A stretch of 64,000 nt of DNA from Rubripirellula sp. GTDB taxonomy: Bacteria > Planctomycetota > Planctomycetia > Pirellulales > Pirellulaceae. Shown in pieces: positions 9,542 to 18,877 of this stretch. The notes under the pieces were generated by a model. That model was not told the DNA's origin. It saw nothing but the letters and a program-made list of their open reading frames with translations, and made no database searches. Within the stretch, counting starts at the first letter, position 1. Every line of letters starts with the position of its first letter. The stretch is taken from contig OZ244207.1 of NCBI GenBank assembly GCA_965216875.1, positions 6,528,001-6,592,000 of the forward strand, read 5' to 3'. Made by a program: the position numbers and the translations under genes.

Positions 9542-11356
9542 ATGGCAACTTCCATTGATGCAATCCTGAACCTTGTCGAGCACGACGCCCAATCGGCACG
9601 TTTTCTGATCAAGGCCGCGCGACTCAAAATGCGAGACGCCCCCGATCAGTTGGCCGAGCTGACCGATGAACGTACCGAGGCCTTTGTTGATCTCGCCAAG
9701 CACTATTTGCCAGAGTTGTCTCACCAATCGTTGGCCAACGCGTGGGCGGAAGTGCGGCACAAGATCCGCGATGTGCTGCTGGTGCGCGACGATCTTGCTC
9801 GGCAACATCGCCGGCGGATCGACGCACTCGAGGCTCGTAAAGACGATCGAGTTTGCCAGCGCGAAGCGATCGCGAAAGACCTCGAAAAGGCCCGCTTGGA
9901 TTTGATGTCCAAGACTGGGAACGCAGAAAAGGTGCTGAGGGAGAATCCCAGGGTCGCAGCGTGTATCGAAGCGATCGAAGACGTCGATGCCGAAATCGAA
10001 CAGGCGATCACGGCACTCGAATATGCCCAGTCCGACGCCGCAAAGAAGTTACCCGACTACGAAGCCTCGTCCCTCTTCGGCTACCTACGAGAGCGGCACT
10101 TCGGCACGCCGGAATATGACGGTCGAGGATTGGAGCGTCGCTACGATCGTTGGTTGGCAAAGTTGATCAACTACCGCGAGGCCAAAGCTTCCTACGATCA
10201 TTTGACGACCGTTCCCAAGGAACTGCAAAGACTCGTTGAAGAGAAGCGTGCGCGGTATCAAGACTTGCTTGAACAGCTTTCGGACGTGCGGCGGGCCGCG
10301 ATGCACAAGTTCTCCGTTGGTACACAAGAGCTCCTGTGGGAGCAGCTTGCCAAAGACCTTCAAGCCAACACCGCCCAAATCGAAACGATCGAGCACGAGA
10401 TCCATGTGCTCGAGAATGAGTTGGCGACGATCGAACACGTTACTGGTGAGCATTACCAGACGGCCCTCGAAATCTATCGCGAGTTTTTGACGACGCTCGA
10501 TGCTGACATCTTGAAAGTCTACGCTGCCTGCACATCTTCGCCGGTCGATGACGAGATCTGCGCTCGGTTGCGTGGGATTGAAGATGAAATCGCATCGGTG
10601 GACAACGACACCCAGTGGTTGCGGGACGAAGTCGCCGGTCATCAAAAACAACTCGCGGGACTCGCCGAACTGGCTGGCCGCCTGCGTCGGCACCAACAAG
10701 AAAGCAATCATCTGATCGAATGTGTCGATGAGGCTTCGGTACGAGCTTGGCTCGACCAGTTGCGTGATCGACGAATGACACCCGCGCAGATCTGGCAAGG
10801 TCTGCGTGGCGCATGTGTCAAACCGCTGCGCCGTCGTCTCGGTTTGAACGATCCGGAACGAGATCAATCGGAGACGCTAGGTTCGGATGTCGTCCCCTCG
10901 GAGGCTGAGTTGGGGCCGGTCGAAGCAACTTTTCTCGCGGCGTCAGGTTTCGCTGCTCAACCCAAGGGTCACCGACCAACTGATCCCTTGGACATCGTTC
11001 TGGTTGATGAAGATGCGGCTCCCACTCAGGTGAGCGGGTTTCGTATGTTTGCCTTTTGTCGCACTCGGCACGATGCATTCGCAGTCACGCGATTGTTAGA
11101 TGCGCACGGAATTCGAGCCTTTTTGCACAATCACGAATTTGGGCGTTCGCCATCCTCCGCTGGCATTCATGGGCTCGAGGAAATCGTTGTGATGGTCGAT
11201 CCCCGGCGCTACAGCGACGCCGTTGAGGTGATTCGTTCGCTGCAAGCATCGCATTTGTCGAGTTGGGTCTGCTCGCAATGCAATGCCGATGTGGATGCTG
11301 GCTATCAAGTCTGTTGGCAATGCGAACTGCATCGAGTCACCGCGTTTGCGCGATGA
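9542..11356 (+). CDS. Hypothetical coiled-coil protein with C-terminal DUF2007-like domain and zinc ribbon
   Basis: About 400 aa of heptad-rich helical sequence, then 'DAFAVTRLLDAHGIRAF...VMVDPRRYSDAVEVI' and WVCSQC-x10-CWQC. Confidence 0.7.
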   Translation: MATSIDAILNLVEHDAQSARFLIKAARLKMRDAPDQLAELTDERTEAFVDLAKHYLPELSHQSLANAWAEVRHKIRDVLLVRDDLARQHRRRIDALEARKDDRVCQREAIAKDLEKARLDLMSKTGNAEKVLRENPRVAACIEAIEDVDAEIEQAITALEYAQSDAAKKLPDYEASSLFGYLRERHFGTPEYDGRGLERRYDRWLAKLINYREAKASYDHLTTVPKELQRLVEEKRARYQDLLEQLSDVRRAAMHKFSVGTQELLWEQLAKDLQANTAQIETIEHEIHVLENELATIEHVTGEHYQTALEIYREFLTTLDADILKVYAACTSSPVDDEICARLRGIEDEIASVDNDTQWLRDEVAGHQKQLAGLAELAGRLRRHQQESNHLIECVDEASVRAWLDQLRDRRMTPAQIWQGLRGACVKPLRRRLGLNDPERDQSETLGSDVVPSEAELGPVEATFLAASGFAAQPKGHRPTDPLDIVLVDEDAAPTQVSGFRMFAFCRTRHDAFAVTRLLDAHGIRAFLHNHEFGRSPSSAGIHGLEEIVVMVDPRRYSDAVEVIRSLQASHLSSWVCSQCNADVDAGYQVCWQCELHRVTAFAR

Positions 11357-11407
11357 TCGCGAGAGAATTGGGCGGCCCAAGGATTGGCCCTTTAACGAAT
11401 ACGGCCG

Positions 11408-12574
11408 TTAAAGAATTGGGCCAACGTAATAGTTGTGGTCCTTCTCTTCGGCGCTGCCCGGCCACTGACGATTAAGCAAGTGGGTGGCTTGTTGCTTTTC
11501 GAGATCGGAAAACCATCTCCATGGGATCATGAAGACCAAGCGTTCGCGGTGATTGTGCACTTTGATTCCTCGCTCGGAGCAGCGGAAGTGTTTCAGGGCG
11601 ACACCTGAGTAGCCAACGGCGTAAAAGGCATTCCCAAGCACGATCATGTTTGGTGTCACCATCACATCAAATTCGCCCACCACGCCGCGCGTTCGCCACA
11701 ACTGAATCAAACCGACCACCAGAACGACAAGGGACAATCCGACAACGATGAATGGCATCACGTAGGCCATCGATTCATCGCCGGTGAGATGGTAGTGCGG
11801 CGGCGGATCGATGACCCAGGGCTTGAGACTGCGGCGCAAGTAATACGCGTAGAGACAACCTGCGACAGCGACAAGAGAAATCGTGGTCCCGCTGGCAAAC
11901 CAAATCCACCAGCGCATCGTCCCGATCAAGTCCTTACCGGTGAGTTCACCCTGGATGCGAAACGCGTCGGTTTCACCTGTCAACTCGGTGATTTGATTGA
12001 ACATGGGACGCGCATCTTCCGGTGGGTCGACCGGGGCATGGGTCGACCACGTTTTCTTGATGTCCGATTCGATGATTGGCAACGACTCGGTGATCATCGG
12101 TGGCCGAATGACCGCGTTTTCCTTCAGGAACAGTTGATGATGAAATTGGTCCGTGGGCATCGACAGGCACATCGACGGTCCAGCCACTGCAAAGATGCGC
12201 TGATCGACGCGGCCTCGGACGTCACCACATAGCCCGCGACACGCTTTCACAAAGCCTCTGCCACTTCGATGAATGATTGACGACGGCCAAAGAGCACCGG
12301 CGATGAAGACGATCGGCGTCAATAGGCAAACGAAACTGCCACCAATATCCCCAAGCCATGTCGCAACGATCGACAGAAACCAGACGACAAGCAGCAAGGC
12401 CATGGCTAGATTGATCAGATGACTTGAACGCGTGTTTCGACGAACCTGAATGCCCTCGAGCGACCAATCCGATTCAAACTCCAGACCAAGCGACGGCTTG
12501 TGTTCGCCCTCGCTGAAAGGGGCACCCGCTTCGTTGGTTTCTGGCGGAGACTGATAGGGATTGGGCGAGTCCAT
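11408..12574 (-). CDS. Planctomycete-type membrane protein (NPYQSP N-terminus, about 4 TM)
   Basis: MDSPNPYQSP start and two pairs of hydrophobic helices. Starts just downstream of the nth stop on the same strand. Confidence 0.75.
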   Translation of the reverse strand: MDSPNPYQSPPETNEAGAPFSEGEHKPSLGLEFESDWSLEGIQVRRNTRSSHLINLAMALLLVVWFLSIVATWLGDIGGSFVCLLTPIVFIAGALWPSSIIHRSGRGFVKACRGLCGDVRGRVDQRIFAVAGPSMCLSMPTDQFHHQLFLKENAVIRPPMITESLPIIESDIKKTWSTHAPVDPPEDARPMFNQITELTGETDAFRIQGELTGKDLIGTMRWWIWFASGTTISLVAVAGCLYAYYLRRSLKPWVIDPPPHYHLTGDESMAYVMPFIVVGLSLVVLVVGLIQLWRTRGVVGEFDVMVTPNMIVLGNAFYAVGYSGVALKHFRCSERGIKVHNHRERLVFMIPWRWFSDLEKQQATHLLNRQWPGSAEEKDHNYYVGPIL

Positions 12575-12590
12575 GTTGGAATTGCCCTCG

Positions 12591-13244
12591 TTAAGGTTTG
12601 TTCCAGATGACCGGTTTCTTGCGCCGTGGGTAGAGTTCACAACATAGGTCGCATTTTGTTCCGTCACATCCTCGAGCCGTGCAGTACTCGCGGCCATAGA
12701 AAATGATCTGCAAATGCAATTTGTTCCAAGCCGACTCGGGAAAGAGTTTCTTTAGGTCGCGCTCTGTCTGCACCACACTCTTTCCGCTTGAAAGTCCCCA
12801 GCGCTGAGCCAAACGATGGATATGCGTGTCGACCGGAAAGGCCGGCACATGAAACGCCTGAGCCATCACAACGCTTGCCGTCTTGTGGCCCACACCAGGC
12901 AGTGCTTCCAGCTCTTCAAAGGTACGCGGAACTTCGCTGTTGTGTTCGTCAACGACGATAGCGGCCAGCTTTGCCAAACTTTTTGCTTTTTGTTTGGAAA
13001 GCCCCAATGGTCGAATGATTTCTAGGATTTTCGCTTCACCAAGTGCCTTCATTTTTGCGGGGGTTCCCGCCACTTCGAACAACGCCGGAGTGATTTCGTT
13101 TACCTTTTTGTCGGTACACTGAGCGCTCAAGAGTACGGCAACCAATAAGGTGAACTCATCATGGTGATCCAAGGGGATCGGAGGCTCGGGATACAGCTCC
13201 GAAAGCCGTTCCATCACCACTTCCGCTCGTTCCTGCTTCTTCAC
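12591..13244 (-). CDS. nth: Endonuclease III
   Basis: LLVAVLLSAQCTD, HhH motif LPGVGHKTA, VDTHIHR and a C-terminal Cys cluster. GTG start inferred at 13244. Confidence 0.93.
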   Translation of the reverse strand: MKKQERAEVVMERLSELYPEPPIPLDHHDEFTLLVAVLLSAQCTDKKVNEITPALFEVAGTPAKMKALGEAKILEIIRPLGLSKQKAKSLAKLAAIVVDEHNSEVPRTFEELEALPGVGHKTASVVMAQAFHVPAFPVDTHIHRLAQRWGLSSGKSVVQTERDLKKLFPESAWNKLHLQIIFYGREYCTARGCDGTKCDLCCELYPRRKKPVIWNKP

Positions 13245-13265
13245 GCCGCAATTATCCTGAATGCA

Positions 13266-15338
13266 ATGAGGCCAAAACCAATCAATCGTTTTCTGCTTGC
13301 CGCGGCAGCCACCTTCGCCATTGCGATTGCGTGGATCGGGACGCTGCCATCTGCATCGGCGAAACAGTGGCATCTTCTACCCGGTGCTATCCACGATGTC
13401 GAGCTGACCGAGCAAAACGAGACATTTCAGATACGCACGACAGGATCGGATCCCTATCTGACTGGGCGACTTGCGGAACCGCCAAAGAAGAACGATCGGA
13501 TTCTCGAATTCGAGTATTTTTGTCCCTCCGGAATCAAAGGGGCGACAGCTTATCTCGGCCCGCCAATCTCCGAGGCCTCGCGCGTCGACCTGCCCGACCT
13601 TCCCATTGCCGAAGGTTGGCAAACTTACACGGCTGACTTGCAAGAGAGGCTCGGCAAACCCATTCCCCAACACGTTCGCTTGCTGCGGCTCGATCTTGGA
13701 GTTCAATCCGATCGTCGGATTCAAATACGCGGCCTCCATCTGCGCGCGATGAACGCACGAGAAATCGAAGCTCTCAAGAATCGCGAAGCACGCGACCAAG
13801 CCAAACGCGACGACGCCGAGCGGATCGCAAACTACCTCGCCGACTCGCAATCGGATTCGTTTACAGTGGACGTCACCGGGGATGAAATCGTTTTCGAATT
13901 TCTTCATGGCATTGAGGATGCTGAATCTTGCGAGCTCGAGGAATTCAAACCGAACCAATCCATCGCCGATCAGAATGCCGAGGCGTTGGTGCGCGTTGAA
14001 TTGACTCAAAAAGGCAGCTCCTGGGTCGGGCGGTTGCCGCGAGTCGTTGGCAACTACGATCGAGTTTGCAGTGGTTGGAGGCTGGCGCGAATTGGCGAAA
14101 ACAGGGCAACGTCACCACGTCGTTATCCGCGCCGCATTGCTTCGGCCGTCGAAAGCGCCTCAAAGCAAGAGCTGGTTCCTCTGTCGCAAAAAGGTTTGAG
14201 CGGCTTCAGCCCACGCGGTCCGAAACAGGATTTGATCGATCTCGGAATCCGGGGCGTCACCATCAACTTGGTCCTGAATCGGTTTGTCACCCGACAGGCA
14301 GGTCCCGGGCGCGAGAAGATCGATGTCGCAGGTGAACCTGTCTACTTCGACGCACGCATCTTTGATCACTACGATCGGATGATCGATTTTGCGCGAATGC
14401 ATGACATTGTGGTGTCGGCGATCGTGCTTATCCCCCGATCGAAGAATGCTGCATCACGCTCGCCACTTGTGCATCCCGAAGCGGAAGGCGGCGTCTACGC
14501 GATGCCTGATTTGAAAACGTCACGTGGCGCTTCCATTTATCGGCACGTCCTCGAACGCATCGCGCAGCGGTACAACAACCACGAAGCTTCACCGGGCGAG
14601 ATCACAAATTGGATCGTTCACAACGAAGTCGATTTTCACCCGGTTTGGACCAACATGGGGCGTCAGCCGCGCGAGGTTTACACCGAAGCCTACTACCGCT
14701 CGATGCGGCTGATTCACAATGTCGCCCGCAAACACAATCCGCACGCTCGCGTCTTCGTTTCTTTGACTCATCATTGGGTCGTTCCTGATGATGGAAAATG
14801 GAAACAGCTCGCGCCGCGAGAGGTGATCGAAACGTTGCAGCGATACAGTGAAATCGAGGGGGATTTTGCTTGGGGCGTTGCCTACCATCCTTACCCACAG
14901 AGTCTGTTCGCAAAAGTTGCCTGGCAAGACAAGAACATCAGTGGCGATTTTGAGACGCCTCTGATCACGATCCAAAATCTTGAGGTGCTGGGCAAATTCT
15001 TGAGCCAGCGGTCAATGCGCAATGCGGATGGCAACCTCCGACCGGTCATCTTGAGCGAGCAAGGTTTTCACTCGCACGGCTACGAAGCCGACGCGTTGGC
15101 CGACCAAGCCGGTTCGCTCGCCTACACGATGAAGCGGATCGCCAAAATGCCGTGGATCGAAACGTTCCACTACCACCGCTGGATTGATCATCCCGACGAG
15201 GGTGGATTGTTGGTTGGCCTGCGTACCCTGCCAACGCCAGAGCATCGATTTGGCAAACCCAAGCAAGCCTGGCACGTCTACCGCGCGATCGGCACAGCTG
15301 ACGAAGACAAAGCAACCAAAGGGCTGCCCTCGCCGTAA
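13266..15338 (+). CDS. Secreted DUF5722-like putative glycoside hydrolase (clan GH-A-like)
   Basis: Signal peptide, WIVHNEVD (acid/base), AYHPYP and ILSEQG (nucleophile-like). Confidence 0.7.
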   Translation: MRPKPINRFLLAAAATFAIAIAWIGTLPSASAKQWHLLPGAIHDVELTEQNETFQIRTTGSDPYLTGRLAEPPKKNDRILEFEYFCPSGIKGATAYLGPPISEASRVDLPDLPIAEGWQTYTADLQERLGKPIPQHVRLLRLDLGVQSDRRIQIRGLHLRAMNAREIEALKNREARDQAKRDDAERIANYLADSQSDSFTVDVTGDEIVFEFLHGIEDAESCELEEFKPNQSIADQNAEALVRVELTQKGSSWVGRLPRVVGNYDRVCSGWRLARIGENRATSPRRYPRRIASAVESASKQELVPLSQKGLSGFSPRGPKQDLIDLGIRGVTINLVLNRFVTRQAGPGREKIDVAGEPVYFDARIFDHYDRMIDFARMHDIVVSAIVLIPRSKNAASRSPLVHPEAEGGVYAMPDLKTSRGASIYRHVLERIAQRYNNHEASPGEITNWIVHNEVDFHPVWTNMGRQPREVYTEAYYRSMRLIHNVARKHNPHARVFVSLTHHWVVPDDGKWKQLAPREVIETLQRYSEIEGDFAWGVAYHPYPQSLFAKVAWQDKNISGDFETPLITIQNLEVLGKFLSQRSMRNADGNLRPVILSEQGFHSHGYEADALADQAGSLAYTMKRIAKMPWIETFHYHRWIDHPDEGGLLVGLRTLPTPEHRFGKPKQAWHVYRAIGTADEDKATKGLPSP

Positions 15339-15360
15339 CGAGTTGCGACCCCGATGGGTT

Positions 15361-17160
15361 TTAGAACTTTGCCGCTCCATGCATTTCGGCCAATTCTTCG
15401 GCCGTCATCTTGGCGACCTCGCGGTCATAGGTCAGCAGGCCGTTGACTTCGCCTTCGACATCGGTCGTCTGTGTGTAGACGCCGCCTGCAACGCCGCGTC
15501 GTCGCAGGTCCATCAGCGTTTCGAACGATTTCTTGTAGCGCGACGTGTACTCTTGCTTGGTTTGAGGAAGCCCGCCGTAGCCCCAGTTGCGCATTTCGAT
15601 GTTCCATTGGTGACCTTTGACGACCAACCCGTGACCGCCGAATTCGCCGACCACTTTCACATAATCATTCAGTCGGCGGTCTTCGAATGGAAACATCGGC
15701 TCGGGATAGTTGTGTCGGTCTGCCACGTCGCCGACCGGAAAGAAGTTTCCGCCGCTGGCGATGTTGACTAACCGCGTGATGTCGAGGTTCTCCATCGTTT
15801 GGCCGATCCGTACCGTTTCGTGTTGTCCCCAGCGTTCGTTGAAAGGGACCCACATGACGATTGATGGGTTGTTTCGCAAATTGCTGACCATGGCTTTCAG
15901 TTCGGCCATGAATTGATCGTGTTGGTCTTTGGGCCAAACATCTTCCACGGGGTTGGGGGCGAGTTTGCTCCAGAAAGGTCGTCCCCCTGTGCTGGGCATG
16001 TCCTGCCAAACGAGCATTCCTACACGATCACAGTAGCTATAGAAACGTCGCGGTTCGATCTTGATGTGTTTACGGATCATGTTGAATCCGGATCGTTTCA
16101 GATAGTCGACGTCGAACCGCATCGCTTCGTCACTGGGTGGCGTTAGCAACCCATCAGGCCACCAGCCTTGATCGAGTGGCCCATAGTGAAAGATGACGTT
16201 GCCATTGAGCGTCATGCGAACGTGACCAGCGGGCCCGCGTTTGACCCCCACTTCTCGCATCGCGGCGTACGATTCCACTCGATCAATCACGCGTCCATCA
16301 CCACCAAGAAGTTCAATCGTGATGTCGTAAAGGTGGGGCGTGTCGGGAGTCCAGTGTTTTGCATTCGGAATCCGAACACTTAGCGAAGCGTCAGCCATAC
16401 CGACAACCCGATCGCCGTCACGAACGGTAATCCGCAACTCTTCGCCGTCGACAGGATCACCACCGAGTGTTGGCAAGACACGCAAGGTTCCTTCGCCCAA
16501 TCGCGGCTTCATCTTGACACTCTTGATGCGACGATCCGGAATCTGTTCGAGCCAAACCGTCTGCCAGATTCCCGAGACACGTGTGTAATAAATGCCACGT
16601 GGCTTGAGCGTTTGTTTGCCGAGTGTTTGAAGGGGCGCCGTTTTGTCGATGACGCGAACGACAAGCTCGTTGTCACCTTGTTCCACGGCGTCGGTGATGT
16701 CGAAGGAAAACGGATCGCTGCTGCCAACGTGTTTGCCGACACTCTTGCCATTGACGAAGACTTCGCAGTCGTAGTCGACCGCTTCAAAGTTCAATCGCGT
16801 GCGATGTCCGGGCCGTGGCTTGTGCGAAAAACTGCGTCGATACCAAAGCACTTCCTTCGGATCGAGCAAATGGCCTACGCCACTTAGCGCTGACTCGATC
16901 GCGTACGGTACCAAGATCTTGCCGTCGAAAGTTTTTGGCGCAGCCTTGTTGGCTTCGCTAGTAACCTTGTAATCCCAAAGCCCGTTGAGGTTCGTCCATG
17001 ACTCGCGAACAAACTGCGGTCGCGGGTATTCCTGCCAAGCGTTCTCGGGTGTGACCTCTTTTCCCCAACGGGTCAGCATGGTGTTCTCGACCGGCGACCA
17101 TTGGGCAAAGCCAGGAGCGCAAACGAGCAAGAAGGCGGCGATGAAAAGGTGACGAACCAT
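15361..17160 (-). CDS. Glycoside hydrolase family 2 protein, secreted
   Basis: Signal peptide, EYPRPQF, NLNGLW, FEAVDY, SGIWQTVWLE, LDQGWWPDG, FNMIRKHIK, WVPFNERWGQ and GEFGG. Confidence 0.9.
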   Translation of the reverse strand: MVRHLFIAAFLLVCAPGFAQWSPVENTMLTRWGKEVTPENAWQEYPRPQFVRESWTNLNGLWDYKVTSEANKAAPKTFDGKILVPYAIESALSGVGHLLDPKEVLWYRRSFSHKPRPGHRTRLNFEAVDYDCEVFVNGKSVGKHVGSSDPFSFDITDAVEQGDNELVVRVIDKTAPLQTLGKQTLKPRGIYYTRVSGIWQTVWLEQIPDRRIKSVKMKPRLGEGTLRVLPTLGGDPVDGEELRITVRDGDRVVGMADASLSVRIPNAKHWTPDTPHLYDITIELLGGDGRVIDRVESYAAMREVGVKRGPAGHVRMTLNGNVIFHYGPLDQGWWPDGLLTPPSDEAMRFDVDYLKRSGFNMIRKHIKIEPRRFYSYCDRVGMLVWQDMPSTGGRPFWSKLAPNPVEDVWPKDQHDQFMAELKAMVSNLRNNPSIVMWVPFNERWGQHETVRIGQTMENLDITRLVNIASGGNFFPVGDVADRHNYPEPMFPFEDRRLNDYVKVVGEFGGHGLVVKGHQWNIEMRNWGYGGLPQTKQEYTSRYKKSFETLMDLRRRGVAGGVYTQTTDVEGEVNGLLTYDREVAKMTAEELAEMHGAAKF

Positions 17161-17240
17161 AGCCAAGGTGTCCGGCGTAGAATGGAAGGAAGCGCTGCGA
17201 GGTGACAGTCTATTTGATCCGCTCGGTGAATGAGAGGAAG

Positions 17241-17400
17241 GAACCACGGATAGCACGGATGATTGCCGAGTGAGCGGCTTTGGCGTGAGGCCTCGGGCCC
17301 TGACCGCGCGCAGGTAGCGTGCAATGCCCGGCCGCTTACGCGATCACGGCTCAATTGAGTGGACTTGGGACGAACCACGGATAAAACGAATCACACGAAT
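17241..17400. repeat. REP-like hairpin element (family A, 17270-17369, minus orientation) flanked by GAACCACGGATA direct repeats and 9-mer CACG(G/A)AT units
   Basis: The reverse complement of 17270-17369 matches the elements at about 27807-27912 and 28039-28144. GAACCACGGATA occurs at 17241-17252 and 17372-17383. Confidence 0.85.
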
Positions 17401-17424
17401 GTTGGAAACGGGGATAGGAGCGGC

Positions 17425-18708
17425 ATGAACCGAAGGGACGACGACATCACCGCGCCACTGCTTGATCGCTTGCGCAAACTTGAGTGTCCGACCTCGTTTG
17501 CAGATGTGATTGGTGCGATGGAGGCGACCGATGCCATTTCTCCGATGCGCTCGTTCGAACGACTGGAGGAGGCACTGGAGCGTTTCCCAAGATTCATCGG
17601 CGAGTGTGTCCCACGGATTTGGCACTGGGCCGTCGAGGCGTCTTCGGAACTACCGGCCATCCCTTTGCTAGACGAGACAGGCGTCGTGACGTTGACGCAG
17701 CGCGAGTGTTTGATCGTCTTGTCGAACGCTTTTCTTTGTACCTATGCCGGCCGAGTGAGCGACGATTGTCTCAGCGGTGATCGTTTGCCGTCGATCAACT
17801 TCGACGAGCTTTACGGCGGTCATGGTTGGGGGAATGTCGAAGTTGAAAAGCTCATGATGTTGCTTTCGTACTTTGAACAGATGTGCCAGCGCGACGAAGC
17901 TGGTGACGCGCTGGATCGACGAATAGGATTCCATCGGCGACGTGCATCGGAATCGTCTACCGAGAATTGGGGCCAGTGCGAGCAATTGCTGAGACCCGTG
18001 AGCGTTGCCGAGCTTGGTGAATCGCTTGATGACGCCAAGTCGATGTATCGCGTCGATTTCGCGAATCGCATCATCGGTGGAGCGGCGATCGCGTTTGGCA
18101 ACGTGCAAGAAGAAATCATGTTCTGTGAATGCCCAGAAATGATCGTCGCACGATTGTTCTGCCCGGCGATGCGAGACGATGAAGCCATCGTGATCGTAGG
18201 CGCCGAACAATTCACTCAGCATTCAGGCTACGCCGGTTCATTGCGCTACGAAGGGCGTTATCGCGATCAATCCGAAATTTCTGACGGACAGCTTCAGTCT
18301 TACGTTGTCGCGCTCGATGCGCTCGATTTGCGAGGCCGAAATCCACAGAGCCAATACGACTCGTCACTTATCCAGCGGGATCTAACCAAAGCCTGGGCAG
18401 GTTTCGACGAACCGGGCACGCCAGAAGTGGTCGCGACAGGCAACTGGGGATGTGGCGTTTTCGGTGGCGATGCAGAGCTGAAGACTTTGATTCAATGGCT
18501 CGCGTGTAGTCGCGTCGGAAAAGCGATGGCCTACTTTCCGTATGATCATCGTGGCTTGGCTAAACGTCTCGGCCCACTTGCAAACGCACTGATCGAGCAA
18601 AGGGTGACGGTTGGCCAGTTGGCAAGGTTTCTGTTCCAAACGCTCGAGCCAAATGACGTCTTTGATCAAGTCGCCAGAGAATTTGGTATGCAGAATCTTA
18701 ATGGTTGA
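17425..18708 (+). CDS. Poly(ADP-ribose) glycohydrolase, canonical (eukaryote-like) PARG catalytic domain
   Basis: VDFANRIIGGAAIAFGNVQEEIMF, SGYA (tyrosine clasp), VALDAL and VATGNWGCGVFGGDAELK. The upstream helical subdomain has SNAFLCT, PSINF and EKLMMLLSYF. AGGAG RBS before ATG 17425. Confidence 0.9.
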   Translation: MNRRDDDITAPLLDRLRKLECPTSFADVIGAMEATDAISPMRSFERLEEALERFPRFIGECVPRIWHWAVEASSELPAIPLLDETGVVTLTQRECLIVLSNAFLCTYAGRVSDDCLSGDRLPSINFDELYGGHGWGNVEVEKLMMLLSYFEQMCQRDEAGDALDRRIGFHRRRASESSTENWGQCEQLLRPVSVAELGESLDDAKSMYRVDFANRIIGGAAIAFGNVQEEIMFCECPEMIVARLFCPAMRDDEAIVIVGAEQFTQHSGYAGSLRYEGRYRDQSEISDGQLQSYVVALDALDLRGRNPQSQYDSSLIQRDLTKAWAGFDEPGTPEVVATGNWGCGVFGGDAELKTLIQWLACSRVGKAMAYFPYDHRGLAKRLGPLANALIEQRVTVGQLARFLFQTLEPNDVFDQVAREFGMQNLNG

Positions 18709-18746
18709 TCTAGCTCTAAATGTCACGCACTGTTTCAACAGAAACT

Positions 18747-18846
18747 ACCCTCCCACTTGTGGGAGGGTCGGGCGCTAAAGCCCGGGGAGGGCCGTTTGAG
18801 GTGCCCCTCACCGGGCCTGAGAGCCCGACTCTCCCAAGGGAGAGTG
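18747..18846. repeat. REP-like multi-hairpin element (family B)
   Basis: ACCCTCCCAC-TT-GTGGGAGGGT hairpin followed by CGGGGAGGG...CCCGACTCTCCC..GGGAGAGTG. A close copy lies at 27465-27555. It sits between the convergent PARG and proB genes. Confidence 0.85.
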
Positions 18847-18877
18847 CCAGTCGGATTCATGGCATTTTGAGCATGAC

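Noticed and set aside
9381..9599. N-terminal extensions given by the ORF track (U32 here, likewise nth, GH2, PARG, kinase 2, DUF1553 and others)
   Set aside because: The extensions overlap neighbouring genes or repeats. Downstream starts fit domain boundaries, signal peptides, RBSs or ATGA coupling better.
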